The notes beneath the pieces are model-generated. The model saw nothing but the letters and a program-made list of their open reading frames with translations. It had not been told where the DNA came from and did not search any database. A stretch of DNA of 64,000 nucleotides, from the NCBI GenBank assembly GCA_965218695.1, contig OZ244651.1:1568001-1632000 (forward strand). Direction: 5' to 3'. Source of the DNA: Nitrosopumilus sp. GTDB lineage: Archaea > Thermoproteota > Nitrososphaeria > Nitrososphaerales > Nitrosopumilaceae. Positions 8,325-18,149 of the stretch are shown in pieces (position 1 is the stretch's first letter; every line of letters starts with the position of its first letter). Made by a program: the position numbers and the translations under genes.

Positions 8325-10583
8325 GTAAGAGGTCGCCTTTGCGAAGCGATTTCGTGCCTGATCTGCCCCGATTAATTACCAACTGAGCTACGTTTTCGGC
8401 CGTAAATGCCCATTTAATTGGCATTATTCTGAGTTTTTCCGGGGGAGTCCGACTGAGCTACGTTTTGGCAGATCCGGTGATCGGGCTTGCGAAGTGGCCT
8501 TTTTTGGCGCTGTCCGGGGCGGTGCGTTGTGCCCGAATCGGGTGGCGGGCCGGCACGGCGGCCTGACATGTCAGGCAACCGGTGCGACGGGAGTCGCGCA
8601 GGACATGCAGGGCAGCCATGGATGGATTTTGCAGGATTTATGCAGCTGTTGCTGCTACTGCCGGTATTTTTTCGACCATGCCTCGCATGTAGTCGACCAA
8701 AAAGTCGTGCGGGTTGACGCCGCGCATCCTGCACGTCTCGCGGATGGTGGCCAGGACGGCGTGGTTGTATGCGCCGGCAAGGCTCTTGCTGCCGCCTGAG
8801 ACCTTCCGGGATGCGACGCTGGGCCGCAGGGGACGCTCGGCATCGTTGTTATGGCACTTTGTGTTGAGGCGGATGAATGGGAACAGATGGGTGATCTCGC
8901 GCCGCAGCCGCTTGACAAACCGCTTGCAGTGGGGTTCGGTGTAGCTGCCAGACATCAGGCGCCTCACCCGGGCCAGGAGGTTGCGCACCTTGAGGTTTCG
9001 CGCGGCCTTGTCGTCATGCGGGTTGAGTCCCTTCTCTGCGTGCCAGGAATCGATGATTATCCCCTTTAGGGCCTTGGCAAACTTTTTGAATTCTGGCCCC
9101 GGGTTTTTCATGGCCAGGGTGCGGATGATCTCGCGGAGATAGTGGTAGTGGCACTTTTGGTGGGTTCTGCCGATGCGGTTCCACGCGGAGTGTGAATCAG
9201 AGGTGACGTGGCCTGCGTACCCTCCAAGCAGGGTCTCCAGCACGTCTCCTCCCCGGCGCTTGTCCACGTAAAAGACAGTCGAGTTGTCACCGACTAGTAT
9301 CCACAGCCAGTACAGCACACCGGCTACCCTCCAGCTGGTCTCGTCCCCGAAGACATGCTCTGAGAAGAATATCTCCTCGAGCATCTCCTCGTAGAGCGGG
9401 TGGAGGGATCCTGTCACGGCATCCACGTGGCCGATGACAGTCGACTTTGCAAGGCCCGTGTGGTAGATTATGTTGATCAGCTTGCGGATGGGTTCGTATG
9501 GAATGTTGTACATCCTCATCGTCGTCTCAAGGCACGTCAGGCTGGCGCCGAACCGTCCACCGGGGACGACCCCTGGGATCTCGGGGGCAAACTGCCTGCC
9601 GCATTCCCTGCAGTACCTGCGGACGACGGTATACTGGATGCCGGTCAGCTTCCCGTCGATAATCTCCTCGACTACCCGGATGGTCACCTCGGTGGGCTCC
9701 TTCGAGAGGGCATGGCCGTGCGGGCAGGCGGGCATGTCGACTAGCTTTTTTTCGGATATCGGGGGAGGATCACGGCCGGTGCGCAGGCAGACGACCTTCC
9801 TGAACGGATTCGGCGCAGGCCCGGGCGATTCCCGGAGCCGCTTCTGGGAGCGGCGGCTTTTGATGCCCAGATTCTCGGCTGCCAGCGCCGAGTTGGCCGC
9901 GCGCGCCTCCCTCAACTGAGAGGCATGCTCTGATGCCTGCTGCTCCAGGCGGGCTATCCTGTCCATGACTGCCTGCGAGACGTCGCATCCCTGCAGGAGG
10001 GCGGCATTCTCTGCCCGCAGCTTCTCTACCTCTACCTTCAAATTCTCCATATCTCCTCCCAGATTCTCTATCTCTGCATCTTTCAGCTCTATCTCGGAGT
10101 CCTTTTGTTCTATCTCGGAGTCCTTTTGCACATTCTCTTCTTCCAGCAGTTTGATCCTGGCATCCATCTCCGTCAGCATCGCGTGTTCCCCTGAGAAGGC
10201 CTCTGCCTCCTCCTTCAGCTGCTCGATGTCTTTTCTCAGCGCCATGCTCTCCTCGTCCTTGGATTTGAGCATGTCAAGGACGGATTCGAAGAGGGACCTG
10301 GTGTCTGTTACGGAGTTCCAGTCAATCTTTTCCAAGTCGATTACAGGCACCACGCCATAACACGGGAAGGCATGATCCATAAAGCTTTTGGGCACGCAGC
10401 GCCTGCCGGAAAATGCGGCGCAAAAGATCCAACCGGAAGAGCCTTGATCCGAAAACCGCCCTGTCTGAGGACCGTGTTGATAACGTGCAATTAATCGGGT
10501 ATTTATGGTCAAAAACGTAGCTCAGTTGGTAATTAATCGGGACAGATCAGGCACGGAATCGCTTCGCAAAGGCGACCTCTTAC
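8325..10583 (-). mobile_element. IS66-family element (single ORF, ISBst12-like) with about 96-bp imperfect terminal IRs
   Basis: Ends GTAAGAGGTCGCC / GGCGACCTCTTAC; 8-bp TSD TCAAAAAG at 8317-8324 and 10584-10591. Confidence 0.95.
8638..10380 (-). CDS. IS66 transposase with a long N-terminal coiled coil
   Basis: GDETSW, TSDSHSAW, HQKCHYHYLR and NNDAERPLR motifs. Start uncertain. Confidence 0.9.
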   Translation of the reverse strand: MDHAFPCYGVVPVIDLEKIDWNSVTDTRSLFESVLDMLKSKDEESMALRKDIEQLKEEAEAFSGEHAMLTEMDARIKLLEEENVQKDSEIEQKDSEIELKDAEIENLGGDMENLKVEVEKLRAENAALLQGCDVSQAVMDRIARLEQQASEHASQLREARAANSALAAENLGIKSRRSQKRLRESPGPAPNPFRKVVCLRTGRDPPPISEKKLVDMPACPHGHALSKEPTEVTIRVVEEIIDGKLTGIQYTVVRRYCRECGRQFAPEIPGVVPGGRFGASLTCLETTMRMYNIPYEPIRKLINIIYHTGLAKSTVIGHVDAVTGSLHPLYEEMLEEIFFSEHVFGDETSWRVAGVLYWLWILVGDNSTVFYVDKRRGGDVLETLLGGYAGHVTSDSHSAWNRIGRTHQKCHYHYLREIIRTLAMKNPGPEFKKFAKALKGIIIDSWHAEKGLNPHDDKAARNLKVRNLLARVRRLMSGSYTEPHCKRFVKRLRREITHLFPFIRLNTKCHNNDAERPLRPSVASRKVSGGSKSLAGAYNHAVLATIRETCRMRGVNPHDFLVDYMRGMVEKIPAVAATAA

Positions 10584-11620
10584 TCAAAAAGGCAGAAATA
10601 TTCCTGCAAGCAGTGCAGGTACCGGTTCGTCCTGTCCGAGAGCGGGTTCTCAAAAGTCAGCTCGGAACCCAAAATCATCACCGAATCCATTAACCTGCAC
10701 TTTTCGGGAATGTCACTGCGTAAAATATCACGGCACGTCAAGATCGCACACGGTCGGGAGATCAGCCACGTCGCAGTGTACAAGTGGATCGAGAAATACA
10801 TGGGGATCATAGGGGCGTACGTGGATTCCATCGTGCCGAACACGGGCGACGTGTGGAGCCTTGACGAGATGATGTTAAACGTCAAGGGCACGAAAAAGCT
10901 CAACTGCAAGGGATTCCACGTCTGGCTCTGGTCCATAATCGACCCCCAGACCAGGTTCGTGATCGCCACAGAGGTGTCAAAGAGACGGGAAATGCCCGAC
11001 GCCAGACGCATAATCCGGAAGGGCAAGAATGCGGTCTTGAAGAATCCGAGTTACGTGATTACCGATTCCCTGAAAAGCTACGAGGGCGCGATAAGGAAGG
11101 AACTGGATGCGAGGAAGACGGCACACGTCAAGACCCGCTCGCTCAAGGACGGGTTCCAGAACAGGCCGATAGAAAGGTACCACAACGAACTGAGGGAGAA
11201 TACCAAGACCCGGCGCGGCCTGGGCAACGACGAATCCGCCCAAAAATTCGCAGACGCGCAAAGAATCAAACACGACTTCTTAAATCCGCACTCCGGACTC
11301 CCGGGCAACATTACCCCGGCGGAAGCCGCCGGTATAGACCTGAACTTGGGAGACGACAAGATCAGGGACCTCATATCCCTAGGTTCGCAAAAGAAGAACT
11401 TCGTGACCCACCTAGGGAAGCGGGTGGACAAGGTGACAATCGTAAACGAGACGGATTCAATCAAGGTTACCCCCAAGACATGGATTGACAAGAGAGTCTG
11501 GCGGGAGATCAACGACATCCTCAGACTGAGCAGTTTTAGTTGGCTGTCAAACGGCAGACACAGTTGCTGGATCAAGCCGACTGGAGAGTAAAATACATCA
11601 TCTCACAAAACTTGACCGCT

Positions 11621-11774
11621 TATACTGACACGCCAAAGTTCTTGCAGCACCAAATACCGTGCACCGCCACATTGATCGATTTCAGTCTCAAATCAGGCAC
11701 GAATTAATTCTAGACGTAGCCAATAATCTACATCCAGTGAAAAATGAGTGCATAAACTTTGGCGTGTCAGTATA
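11621..11774. mobile_element. MITE with IS630-like ends
   Basis: Perfect 20-bp IR TATACTGACACGCCAAAGTT (11621-11640 and 11755-11774) including flanking TA. It resembles the TATA....AAAGTT ends of the IS630 elements in this window. Confidence 0.75.
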
Positions 11775-11792
11775 GCTAAACATGAAGTTATT

Positions 11793-13536
11793 GTAAGTGA
11801 TTCGCTTTTTGAAGTTCCGCTGGCTTTGCGCGCCTATACTCGCGCAGCCTCCCCATCCGAGAGCGCGGATCGTGCCGAATAAATGGTGACGCAGGCTCCG
11901 TTGTCAGCCGTCGCCGGACGCAGAACGCACCAAGTGGTCGAAGAAGCTTTCTCTACGGACGCGGTCAGTGGCCAGCATGGTAAACAGCACGGAATTTGCG
12001 TCCATGCCCTTCCGGGACCGGTTGCCCCCGCCGTCGTTCCTCACTGAGACGAACCTTCGGTTGGCTCTCTCCACCGCGTTGTTGTCCGGACTGATGCCCG
12101 GGGTCCGCAGGCATGTTGTCATGTAGTACCCCTCGCGGTAGCGCCGCTTGCGGTATTTGGCGATGGTGCCGTGCCTGTCGTCTTGGTACGGGGCGGCAAA
12201 CAGCCCCGCCGGTTCCGAGTCTATGCAGTCAGCCGCCACGGCCCTGGAATACGGGTCCTTGACGCGCCAGGCGCGGTAGATCTTTTTGTGCACGGCAGAC
12301 AGCCCGGCCAGGAATTCGGTCACGTCCCCGCCTGGATTCCACTCCAGATCCTTCTGCACCAGGCGCTCCTGGTGGACCACGCACATCTGGCGGGCCGACC
12401 CGACATGGAGCCACGCCGGGTACGAGTCCTGCGTGATGATCCCCTCGTAGCCTGGCAGTACTCCCTTGATGGTCTTTGTCTTGCGGGAGTCTACTATTTC
12501 CACCAGGCACGACTCCTTGCCGAGTGCGACCACGCCGTAGCCGCGCCTGCCCTTGAGTGGCCAGTGGAACTCGTCGGCCCCCAGGTGCGGCTCTTTGAGG
12601 ATCTTTTTCCTCACGGCGTCGCGTTCCGGGGCCATCTGCAGGGCCCTGCTTATCTTGTTCCTGTATGCAGACGAGCAGGACACGGGCGTGCCAAGCGCGT
12701 CGCCTGCGAATTCGGCGGATCTTGCGTGGGACAGACCCGACATATTCAAAAAGTTGAGCACGGCGCCGACGTTGGCCCCGTAGCGCGCGTGCGGCGCGGT
12801 TCCGGGAGGCTTGGCAGAGACCTGTTTCTTGCAGTCCCTGCACCAGCGCCTGACTGTCACGTACTTTATGGTCTTTACAAGCAGGGTCAGCGTCTTGACG
12901 ATCCGGTCGTATTCGCCCGTGGGGTTCTCCGAGACGTTCTTCCCGCCGCACCCGGGGCACCTGTCAAAGTCTACGATCTCCGTGCAGTCTACCTTATCGG
13001 GCCTCTTGTTGATCGTGGCCTTTTGCCCCTTGGGCCTGCCTGCCTTACCGGGATTGGTCTTCTTTTTGGAGGAAGGCATGCTTATCCCGTTTGCCCGGGC
13101 GCTGAGTTTGCGGTTTGCCTCGGCGTGCTTCTTGTTGTCTTCTTTCAGGGACTTTACCTGGGCCTGAAGACTCTCCGCCTCATTGCCGTCTGACGCACCT
13201 GCAACCTCGCGCGCCATTTTCAGGGTCTTGACGGCAGCATCCACGGCATCACGCACCACGCCTGACCAGTACTGGCAGCATCTACATTCGGATTTCATGC
13301 AGGCACCGCAGTCCTGCGCGGAACGTTCAAGGATTGCCTTAAATCCCTCCTCTTCCAAGCATGTTTGGCGTGTCGGTTCCTTCATTTGTGGTTAGCTGAA
13401 GGGACTGGCACCCGCTAGTACTTGGATCTCTACAGACAATTAATTTTGACAAAGCGTGAAAAAATCCTTGGGTTCCGTCCCGGCACGGTGACTACCGGCA
13501 GGGGAATCAGGGCACTTCAAAAAGCGAATCACTTAC
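11793..13536 (-). mobile_element. IS66-family element
   Basis: Perfect 23-bp IR GTAAGTGATTCGCTTTTTGAAGT; no matching TSD. Confidence 0.92.
11904..13385 (-). CDS. IS66 transposase
   Basis: GADEFHW, TQDSYPAW, RQMCVVH and DNNAVERANR motifs; Zn finger CPGCG...CRDC. Confidence 0.9.
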   Translation of the reverse strand: MKEPTRQTCLEEEGFKAILERSAQDCGACMKSECRCCQYWSGVVRDAVDAAVKTLKMAREVAGASDGNEAESLQAQVKSLKEDNKKHAEANRKLSARANGISMPSSKKKTNPGKAGRPKGQKATINKRPDKVDCTEIVDFDRCPGCGGKNVSENPTGEYDRIVKTLTLLVKTIKYVTVRRWCRDCKKQVSAKPPGTAPHARYGANVGAVLNFLNMSGLSHARSAEFAGDALGTPVSCSSAYRNKISRALQMAPERDAVRKKILKEPHLGADEFHWPLKGRRGYGVVALGKESCLVEIVDSRKTKTIKGVLPGYEGIITQDSYPAWLHVGSARQMCVVHQERLVQKDLEWNPGGDVTEFLAGLSAVHKKIYRAWRVKDPYSRAVAADCIDSEPAGLFAAPYQDDRHGTIAKYRKRRYREGYYMTTCLRTPGISPDNNAVERANRRFVSVRNDGGGNRSRKGMDANSVLFTMLATDRVRRESFFDHLVRSASGDG

Positions 13537-13574
13537 CAACGCAAGTCAATATGTCTGTCGTGTAAAACTTGTCT

Positions 13575-16500
13575 TCAGTCTGACCTAGATTTGTCCAGAA
13601 CCTCAGATGCAACTCCAGATAGCAACGCCCAAATCTGCTTGTATTCTCCCCCTAATAGACTGCTGTCCGTAGGTACAGCCTTACCCCAATCCTCTGGAAC
13701 CAGTTCTTGTAACCAGTGTGCTACATCTCTGGATCCGACATTGTAGAAATCAGGTCTCTCATTTTTGTACATCTCTCCAATCTTCTTAGATATACTCCTT
13801 GGAACGCTGTTGAGTCTCATCAGTATGGCCTCATTAGTATCTACACCGTAGTATACCATAGCAGGAATGTTTGCAAACCTCTGTTTTTCTTCTTCTGACA
13901 TCTCTTCTGTCCTTATGCCTGAAGTAGGCAGCTTTTGGAGAGCAGCCAGTCCCCAAGTAGCAGAGTGTGATATTCGAGCATATATTGCCCTAACACAGGT
14001 GCTCATCTGAGCCGGATCCGTGCCACCAAAATATTTTTGGGCGATTGCGGAAATGGCTTTTCCCGATACCCAGTCCGATATGACCCGGCTGATAAACTCG
14101 TTTTGGTTGCCTGAACCCTTGATTTCTGAGAGGTCGTGGCTCGTTTCTGGGATTTTTTCTAACAGTATGCCAGTCAGTTTTGCAAGCGTGGGCGACTCCC
14201 CAGAAAAGAGATTGCTGCCCCACTCTGACGGCTCTATCTTGAATTCTTGGATGCTGTCAATAGCAGTTTGGAGTGTCTCCATAGTAAAACCGGTTTTGTC
14301 GGACAGAGTTACCAAGTCCTCGTTTTCGCTCAGGTAGTCGGCATATTCTCTCACGGCGACTGCAAGCTTCTTCTTCTTCTTAGGCGAGAGCTGGTTGTAC
14401 CCATATGTTCGGTTCAGGTTGGCACTTATTTCCGCTATGAATTCCTCTATGCTGTCAGACTGGCTGTACATATGTGACAGGTATTGTAGGAATGACGACC
14501 ATTCCGGCTCGTTGGCATGTGATGAGAGGTTAAGGCGTTTGCCTAGCTTGGTGGCATCTTCGATCATGTTCTTTAACACGGATACCAATTCTCCTGTACT
14601 CTTTAGTACGTACTTCTTGGCCTCGATTGCATCATCGGAATTTGCCCCATGCACAGCCACTCCTACCATGCCCAAGGAACGTTGGTCTAATCTGCCTGCT
14701 CGGCCGACAATGTTCCAAAATTCCATTGGTGGTATTGGTCCACTCATGCGCCGTTTGTATGAAGAAATTAGTATGTTATTTATGGGGAAGTTCATTCCCT
14801 GTACAACTGTCGTTGTAGATACTAGCACCTTCAGCGATCCGGATTCCATCAACCACTCCATGAGTTCCCTCACGTCGTCTGGTAATCCGGCATGGTGAAC
14901 ACCTATGCCCTTTCTCACATACTTGGCAAGCGGAAAAGATCTACCCATTTCAGATTCCACATACCTTGCGACAAGATCAAGGTTCTGGTCGACATCACTA
15001 TCACTCACATCTGGTATGATACTATCCAAATGCTTGGCCATAGACCATGTGTTTGGTATAGTGCCACTCAGAATCAGCGTATTCTGATTTTCCATTATAG
15101 ATGCTGTAAGGGCCGTAAGCTTGGAGTTATTGTTACGCAACCTGTTGACACGAAAGTCTCCATGTTTTGAATGGCCAAGCACGATGTTCTGCTTCATAGT
15201 CAATGTGTTGCTGTGAGTCACCACTGGCTGAAAGTATATGTTTGTGCCACCATCACTATCCTCTGCATAGTACAACCCAACCACCTTGTCGTTTGGCTGC
15301 CACCAATCTAGCTCCATATGTATTGACTGAGGATTGAATGGATCAAGCCATTGGGCAACTTCCTTGTGGTTTGGTACAAATGGCGTCATGAGGAGCAAGT
15401 GCGCTCGTTCGCAGTCACGCTGGATGTTGGAGATCAACATTTCCCAATTCAGGCCACGACTTTTGTTTGAAATGTTGTGTGCTTCGTCTATTACCGCCAG
15501 CACTATATCTTTTACAAATTTTTTATTCTCAGGTGCACGCACAAGCAGGTTCATTTTTTCAGGCGTGGTTACCAAGACGTCAAACGAACCCGACTCTAAC
15601 ACGTTTTCCTCAAACGAGTCTATCTCGATCGCACCACTCATTTTTTCAATTCTTACGCCCAGATCAGCTTGTCCCAAATCGCGCCGGAGACGGGTAGTTA
15701 TCTGATTGACCAGGGCTCTTGTAGGTACCACATACACGATCTTCCCTCTAGTCTCGGCAAACTGGTTCAGGGCTTGCAATATTCGGAACTCTGCGATTAT
15801 TGTCTTACCACTAGAGGTGGGCAGATTTACAACGACCGCCTTCAATGCCGGATCTAGAAGCCGTTGTTCCAAGATCGCGCTCCGTTGTGGGTACAATAAT
15901 TCAAATACCGGTTTTTTGTCACGTCGAGTAAGCGACTTGACGAACTTTGTAGCTCGTGAATTAATCTGACTTGCAACGCTCCATATGGAATTTCCAACCA
16001 TCTTCCTAAACGCCGCCTGTAGCAGCATGATGAGGAGTTCCAGTTCCACGATCATAGATCTCTCACAACACCTTGACGCGGTATCCATGTGGTAATCGAT
16101 CCTACTGATCACTTGCCGTGACCCGCCTCCATTTAGCATGTACCTACATAGTATATCCACGGCCAATGCAAGGTGGTAATATGATGCAATCTCAAGTGCT
16201 GCACTACCTTGATGATCTTGATTCATACCTGCAAAAAATCTTTCCTCATATTCCTCTTGTTCCACTTGAAGCTCCTTGACGTACTCTGTTGCTCTTGACA
16301 GATCGTTCCATGTCTCCTTCCTTACTAAGTACAGTACCGCCATGTAGATCTTAGACAACAGACGTACATCCCACTGGTCTGCTTCAGTGTTTATCTTCCA
16401 ATCTGCCTCATTTTCTATCAGAAATCGCCTCATATCTTCCCACTTTTCGCCAAGGTATGCGTATGCAAACATTTTCAAAATGTGCTTGATCTTGTCAGTG

Positions 16501-16781
16501 TGTTTAGATGGAACAGGCATCATTTGTAGCAGGTCAAAGCAGTTTCTACATGATTCGTGGAACAATGCCTTATTCACCTTGTCAGTTGTGTCAAATGCAT
16601 GCCTCCAGAAAATTACTATTGCCACCTCGTAGGCATCTATGATCTTTTGGATCTCATCAAGATTCCGATCCAGTTTAAGCTGCGTTGTGATGTATCTTGA
16701 TATCTTCATTCCGTTTACGGTCTCCATGAATTGTTCTGACCTTTTTTCTTCTATGATCTCGAGTATTCTTTTGCTGGTCAT
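13575..16781 (-). CDS. Ski2-like SF2 helicase, Hachiman HamB-like
   Basis: LPTSSGKT, VVPTRAL, TTPEK, DEAH, GVHHAGLP, STTTVVQGMN and VGRAGR motifs; long helical N-terminus; ATGA overlap with the upstream nuclease gene. Confidence 0.82.
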   Translation of the reverse strand: MTSKRILEIIEEKRSEQFMETVNGMKISRYITTQLKLDRNLDEIQKIIDAYEVAIVIFWRHAFDTTDKVNKALFHESCRNCFDLLQMMPVPSKHTDKIKHILKMFAYAYLGEKWEDMRRFLIENEADWKINTEADQWDVRLLSKIYMAVLYLVRKETWNDLSRATEYVKELQVEQEEYEERFFAGMNQDHQGSAALEIASYYHLALAVDILCRYMLNGGGSRQVISRIDYHMDTASRCCERSMIVELELLIMLLQAAFRKMVGNSIWSVASQINSRATKFVKSLTRRDKKPVFELLYPQRSAILEQRLLDPALKAVVVNLPTSSGKTIIAEFRILQALNQFAETRGKIVYVVPTRALVNQITTRLRRDLGQADLGVRIEKMSGAIEIDSFEENVLESGSFDVLVTTPEKMNLLVRAPENKKFVKDIVLAVIDEAHNISNKSRGLNWEMLISNIQRDCERAHLLLMTPFVPNHKEVAQWLDPFNPQSIHMELDWWQPNDKVVGLYYAEDSDGGTNIYFQPVVTHSNTLTMKQNIVLGHSKHGDFRVNRLRNNNSKLTALTASIMENQNTLILSGTIPNTWSMAKHLDSIIPDVSDSDVDQNLDLVARYVESEMGRSFPLAKYVRKGIGVHHAGLPDDVRELMEWLMESGSLKVLVSTTTVVQGMNFPINNILISSYKRRMSGPIPPMEFWNIVGRAGRLDQRSLGMVGVAVHGANSDDAIEAKKYVLKSTGELVSVLKNMIEDATKLGKRLNLSSHANEPEWSSFLQYLSHMYSQSDSIEEFIAEISANLNRTYGYNQLSPKKKKKLAVAVREYADYLSENEDLVTLSDKTGFTMETLQTAIDSIQEFKIEPSEWGSNLFSGESPTLAKLTGILLEKIPETSHDLSEIKGSGNQNEFISRVISDWVSGKAISAIAQKYFGGTDPAQMSTCVRAIYARISHSATWGLAALQKLPTSGIRTEEMSEEEKQRFANIPAMVYYGVDTNEAILMRLNSVPRSISKKIGEMYKNERPDFYNVGSRDVAHWLQELVPEDWGKAVPTDSSLLGGEYKQIWALLSGVASEVLDKSRSD

Positions 16782-17554
16782 GTCTCGATTCTTACATGTT
16801 CTGCTAGCGCGCTTATGCGTTTTGGTATATAAAGTGCTAGGAGCTCAACATATGCGCTATCATCCATCTCAATCCCACGCATAACAGGCATCATGTCCAG
16901 CTCGTCCGGGTCTACGTCTCTTACCATGATCCCGACAACCTTGAATTCAGATCTAGGTTCAGATTCCAAATAGAGCGTAGCGGTCTGACTATAAGCGATT
17001 ACATCTGGATCTTCGATGTTCCGGTCAATGAGTTTTTTCCCAAGCCATTTTATCAGTTCTATCCTAACACCACTGTCAGACATCAGACGGTTCAGCTGGC
17101 ATGTCAAACCATATTTGCCGTAGACTACACTTGGAGTCCCTATCTGCCTAGATGTCTTGACCTCACCAAACAGAAACAGGGTTCGATCTCCCACTGTAGC
17201 CAGTCCCACCAAATCGACTCCCGGCATACTAGCCTTCCGGTTCTTCATGTCTCTTATGTAGTTATAGGGAAAGAGGGCTCCTCTATAGTCTGCAAGGTAG
17301 CATTCGGCAAATTTCTCTCCAATCCTCCATCCAGCTCTTGGTATCTTGACAGAGAGACGATCATGTAGTTTTTTCTTGTTGAATCCTTTGATATTTCCAA
17401 TCATGTCCACAAGTGACTGTGTTCCTTTCGCATCGTCAAGCTCTGCTTTCACTCGCGTGCTCAGGTAGTCTGAGAAGCCGTCGCTTCGTATCCCAATTCC
17501 CTCATATCTTTTCCGTTCATCGCCGTGTTTATATGCCTGCCAAATGCGCAACAA
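16778..17554 (-). CDS. PD-(D/E)xK nuclease-like protein, Hachiman HamA-like
   Basis: WRIGEKFAECYL...PGVDLVG...LFLFGEVKTS; coupled to the Ski2-like helicase. TTG start is uncertain. Confidence 0.72.
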   Translation of the reverse strand: MLRIWQAYKHGDERKRYEGIGIRSDGFSDYLSTRVKAELDDAKGTQSLVDMIGNIKGFNKKKLHDRLSVKIPRAGWRIGEKFAECYLADYRGALFPYNYIRDMKNRKASMPGVDLVGLATVGDRTLFLFGEVKTSRQIGTPSVVYGKYGLTCQLNRLMSDSGVRIELIKWLGKKLIDRNIEDPDVIAYSQTATLYLESEPRSEFKVVGIMVRDVDPDELDMMPVMRGIEMDDSAYVELLALYIPKRISALAEHVRIET

Positions 17555-17954
17555 TATCAGGCTCTTGAGTCTGATCCTATAAAAATAAAATACAGCAGTT
17601 TTAGATTTCGTATGTACGGCATGGCATACTGACTTGGAAATGACATGCTCCATAGGAACATGTGGCCATATGTATACCATACAATCCATGTCTTTCTGTA
17701 GCATCCAACAATTGCCTAAGAGATCCTCATATGACGGATCTGTATCTTGAATTGAGTTATGGAAACACCATGTTGTCATCAGGATGCCCTCATACCAAAA
17801 AATATCCTAGAATGGTATAAGGCCTAAATGGATGTATTTCAAGCATTTAGGATTACCAGACTCGTATCAAATGGTTGTTTAGCGTGGAAAAATGCGGATC
17901 GCGTGGCTACCTTACAAAGAATCACAATGGACACAAGTGGCATATCGAAAGTCT

Positions 17955-18149
17955 CACCACCCTAAGTTAACACTCCACCACCCTAAGTTAACAACCGATT
18001 CGATTCGGGGAGACTTCCCCCACGTTGAGGAATTCACCACCCTAAGTTAACAGCAGACTAGATCTGGGGAAAACACCCGAAGAATTAACAGAGTGCATCT
18101 AACTTAACACCACCCATCTAACTTAACACCTAGGACAATCCGGTGAAAC
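17955..18149 (+). repeat. Cluster of co-oriented TTAACA-core direct repeats (iteron-like or transposase-binding-like)
   Basis: CACCACCCTAAGTTAACA x3 (17955, 17976, 18035); CATCTAACTTAACACC x2 (18096, 18115); a 35-bp repeat at 18062-18096 whose second copy is split by the IS66 (18138-18149 plus 19703-19725, 30/35 identical). Confidence 0.8.

Larger units (their letters stand above)
7969..11591 (+). pseudogene. IS6/IS240-like DDE transposase with N-terminal SWIM and Zn-ribbon domains, split by an IS66 insertion
   Basis: Removing 8325-10583 and one TSD copy restores the frame ...KNGSKR|QKYSCKQCRYRF...GMSLRK. SWIM motif CECRDF...CKH; DDE residues in WSLDEM, VITDSL and NRPIERYH. Confidence 0.88.

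Noticed and set aside
17955-18130. Degenerate CRISPR or canonical ORB origin
   Set aside because: Repeats are 16-18 bp with irregular gaps as short as 3 bp; no cas or cdc6 gene and no recognisable ORB consensus nearby.
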